A stretch of DNA of 64,000 bases, from positions 230,888,001 through 230,952,000 of the forward strand of contig OZ024741.1 in assembly GCA_964016885.1 (NCBI GenBank), given 5' to 3'. This DNA comes from Eledone cirrhosa. Lineage: Eukaryota. Below the pieces are notes generated by a model, which saw nothing but the letters and a program-made list of their open reading frames with translations, was not told where the DNA came from and did not search any database. Of this stretch, positions 63,260 through 64,000 are shown in pieces. The stretch's first letter is position 1. Every line of letters begins with the position of its first letter. The position numbers were made by a program, and so were the translations under genes.

Positions 63260-64000
63260 CGTGACCAAGAAATACCGGGATGGCGGCCGTCGGGGAATAG
63301 CCGTGTATCTAGGGGAGGAAGACACCTCTAGACTTGGTTGACACTCGTCCTAGGAGTGGTAACACGAAATGATTACCCCTTGGCGGTTAAGGATAAAACG
63401 CAACAAAATAAAGTAAATGTCAAATGATAAAATCTCATACCGGATCGGCAGACACCCGGGATTAAAAAGAGCCGCGTCCATCAGAGAGGAACCAGACTGG
63501 GGTTGAAAAATCAGCTAATGGTTCAAACCTCCCCATCAATTCGGAGCTGGAGACGTCTAATAACCGGAATACTCCTACTGTTGGCCCTCCATGCTCACCA
63601 CCAAGAAATCCAAAGAAAAAGAGAGAAAAATGGTCAAGGGAAGACAATAAATCAGTCCTTGAGACTTTCTACACTGCCATGTACTACCCATCAAATACAT
63701 CGAATACAGAACAGACATATATTAACTGGAAAAATAAACTTCCCGAAAACAGAGGCTATATTGACTGTAACAAACTAGCCAATATACGAGGAAATATTGT
63801 TTAAAAATAGATACTAACTGATATAGAAATTGATCAGATCAAGCAATCAGCACAAAGTCAGCGAAGGGAAAATGAAACATGTGTCAGTGAAAACGAGGTA
63901 AATTGTAGCACTTCGAATCCCAGGGTTGGGGCGGAATCACTGACAGCAGAACAAATTAATGAAAGGATCGAAAAAATGGAGGAAGTGCATTATCGAGATG
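63260..64000 (+). mobile_element. Probable 5' end of another R4/Dong-clade element, continues off the window
   Basis: Frame reads KKKREKWSREDNKSVLETFY..TYINWK..KLANIRGNI..LTDIEIDQIK, paralleling the Dong-A N-terminus (RTNWTKELN..KLAGQARVI..ISELELEEL); contains stops. Confidence 0.6.

Overview
Eukaryotic (animal) genomic DNA, probably an octopod cephalopod; this is inferred from a tRNA-headed SINE with a Nin/Deu-like core resembling octopus SINEs. The only host-gene sequence I can support is two phase-1 exons (6983-7243, 7557-7754, + strand) that together encode an F-type-lectin / galactose-binding-like domain. Most of the rest is a dense cluster of decayed non-LTR retrotransposons. These are at least three Tx1/L1-clade families (here called A, B, C; ORF1 with zinc knuckle, ORF2 with APE endonuclease-RT-CCHC), two R4/Dong-clade families (RT-CCHC-restriction-like endonuclease) and one SINE family. 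Nearly every intact element end abuts an (ATT)n/(TAA)n microsatellite with strict polarity: Tx1 and SINE read into ATT, Dong reads into TAA. Main observations: (1) a strand-specific, ADAR-like A-to-G hypermutation signature fixed in genomic SINE copies within a Dong 5' region, and possibly in a young Dong ORF; (2) a perfect AAG|GTAAGT splice-donor motif conserved at the ORF1 stop of all three Tx1 families despite a frame difference; (3) the SINE 3' tail resembles the Tx1 3' tail; (4) several inter-family chimeras and an orientation-switch junction. All alignments were made by eye and boundaries are approximate.
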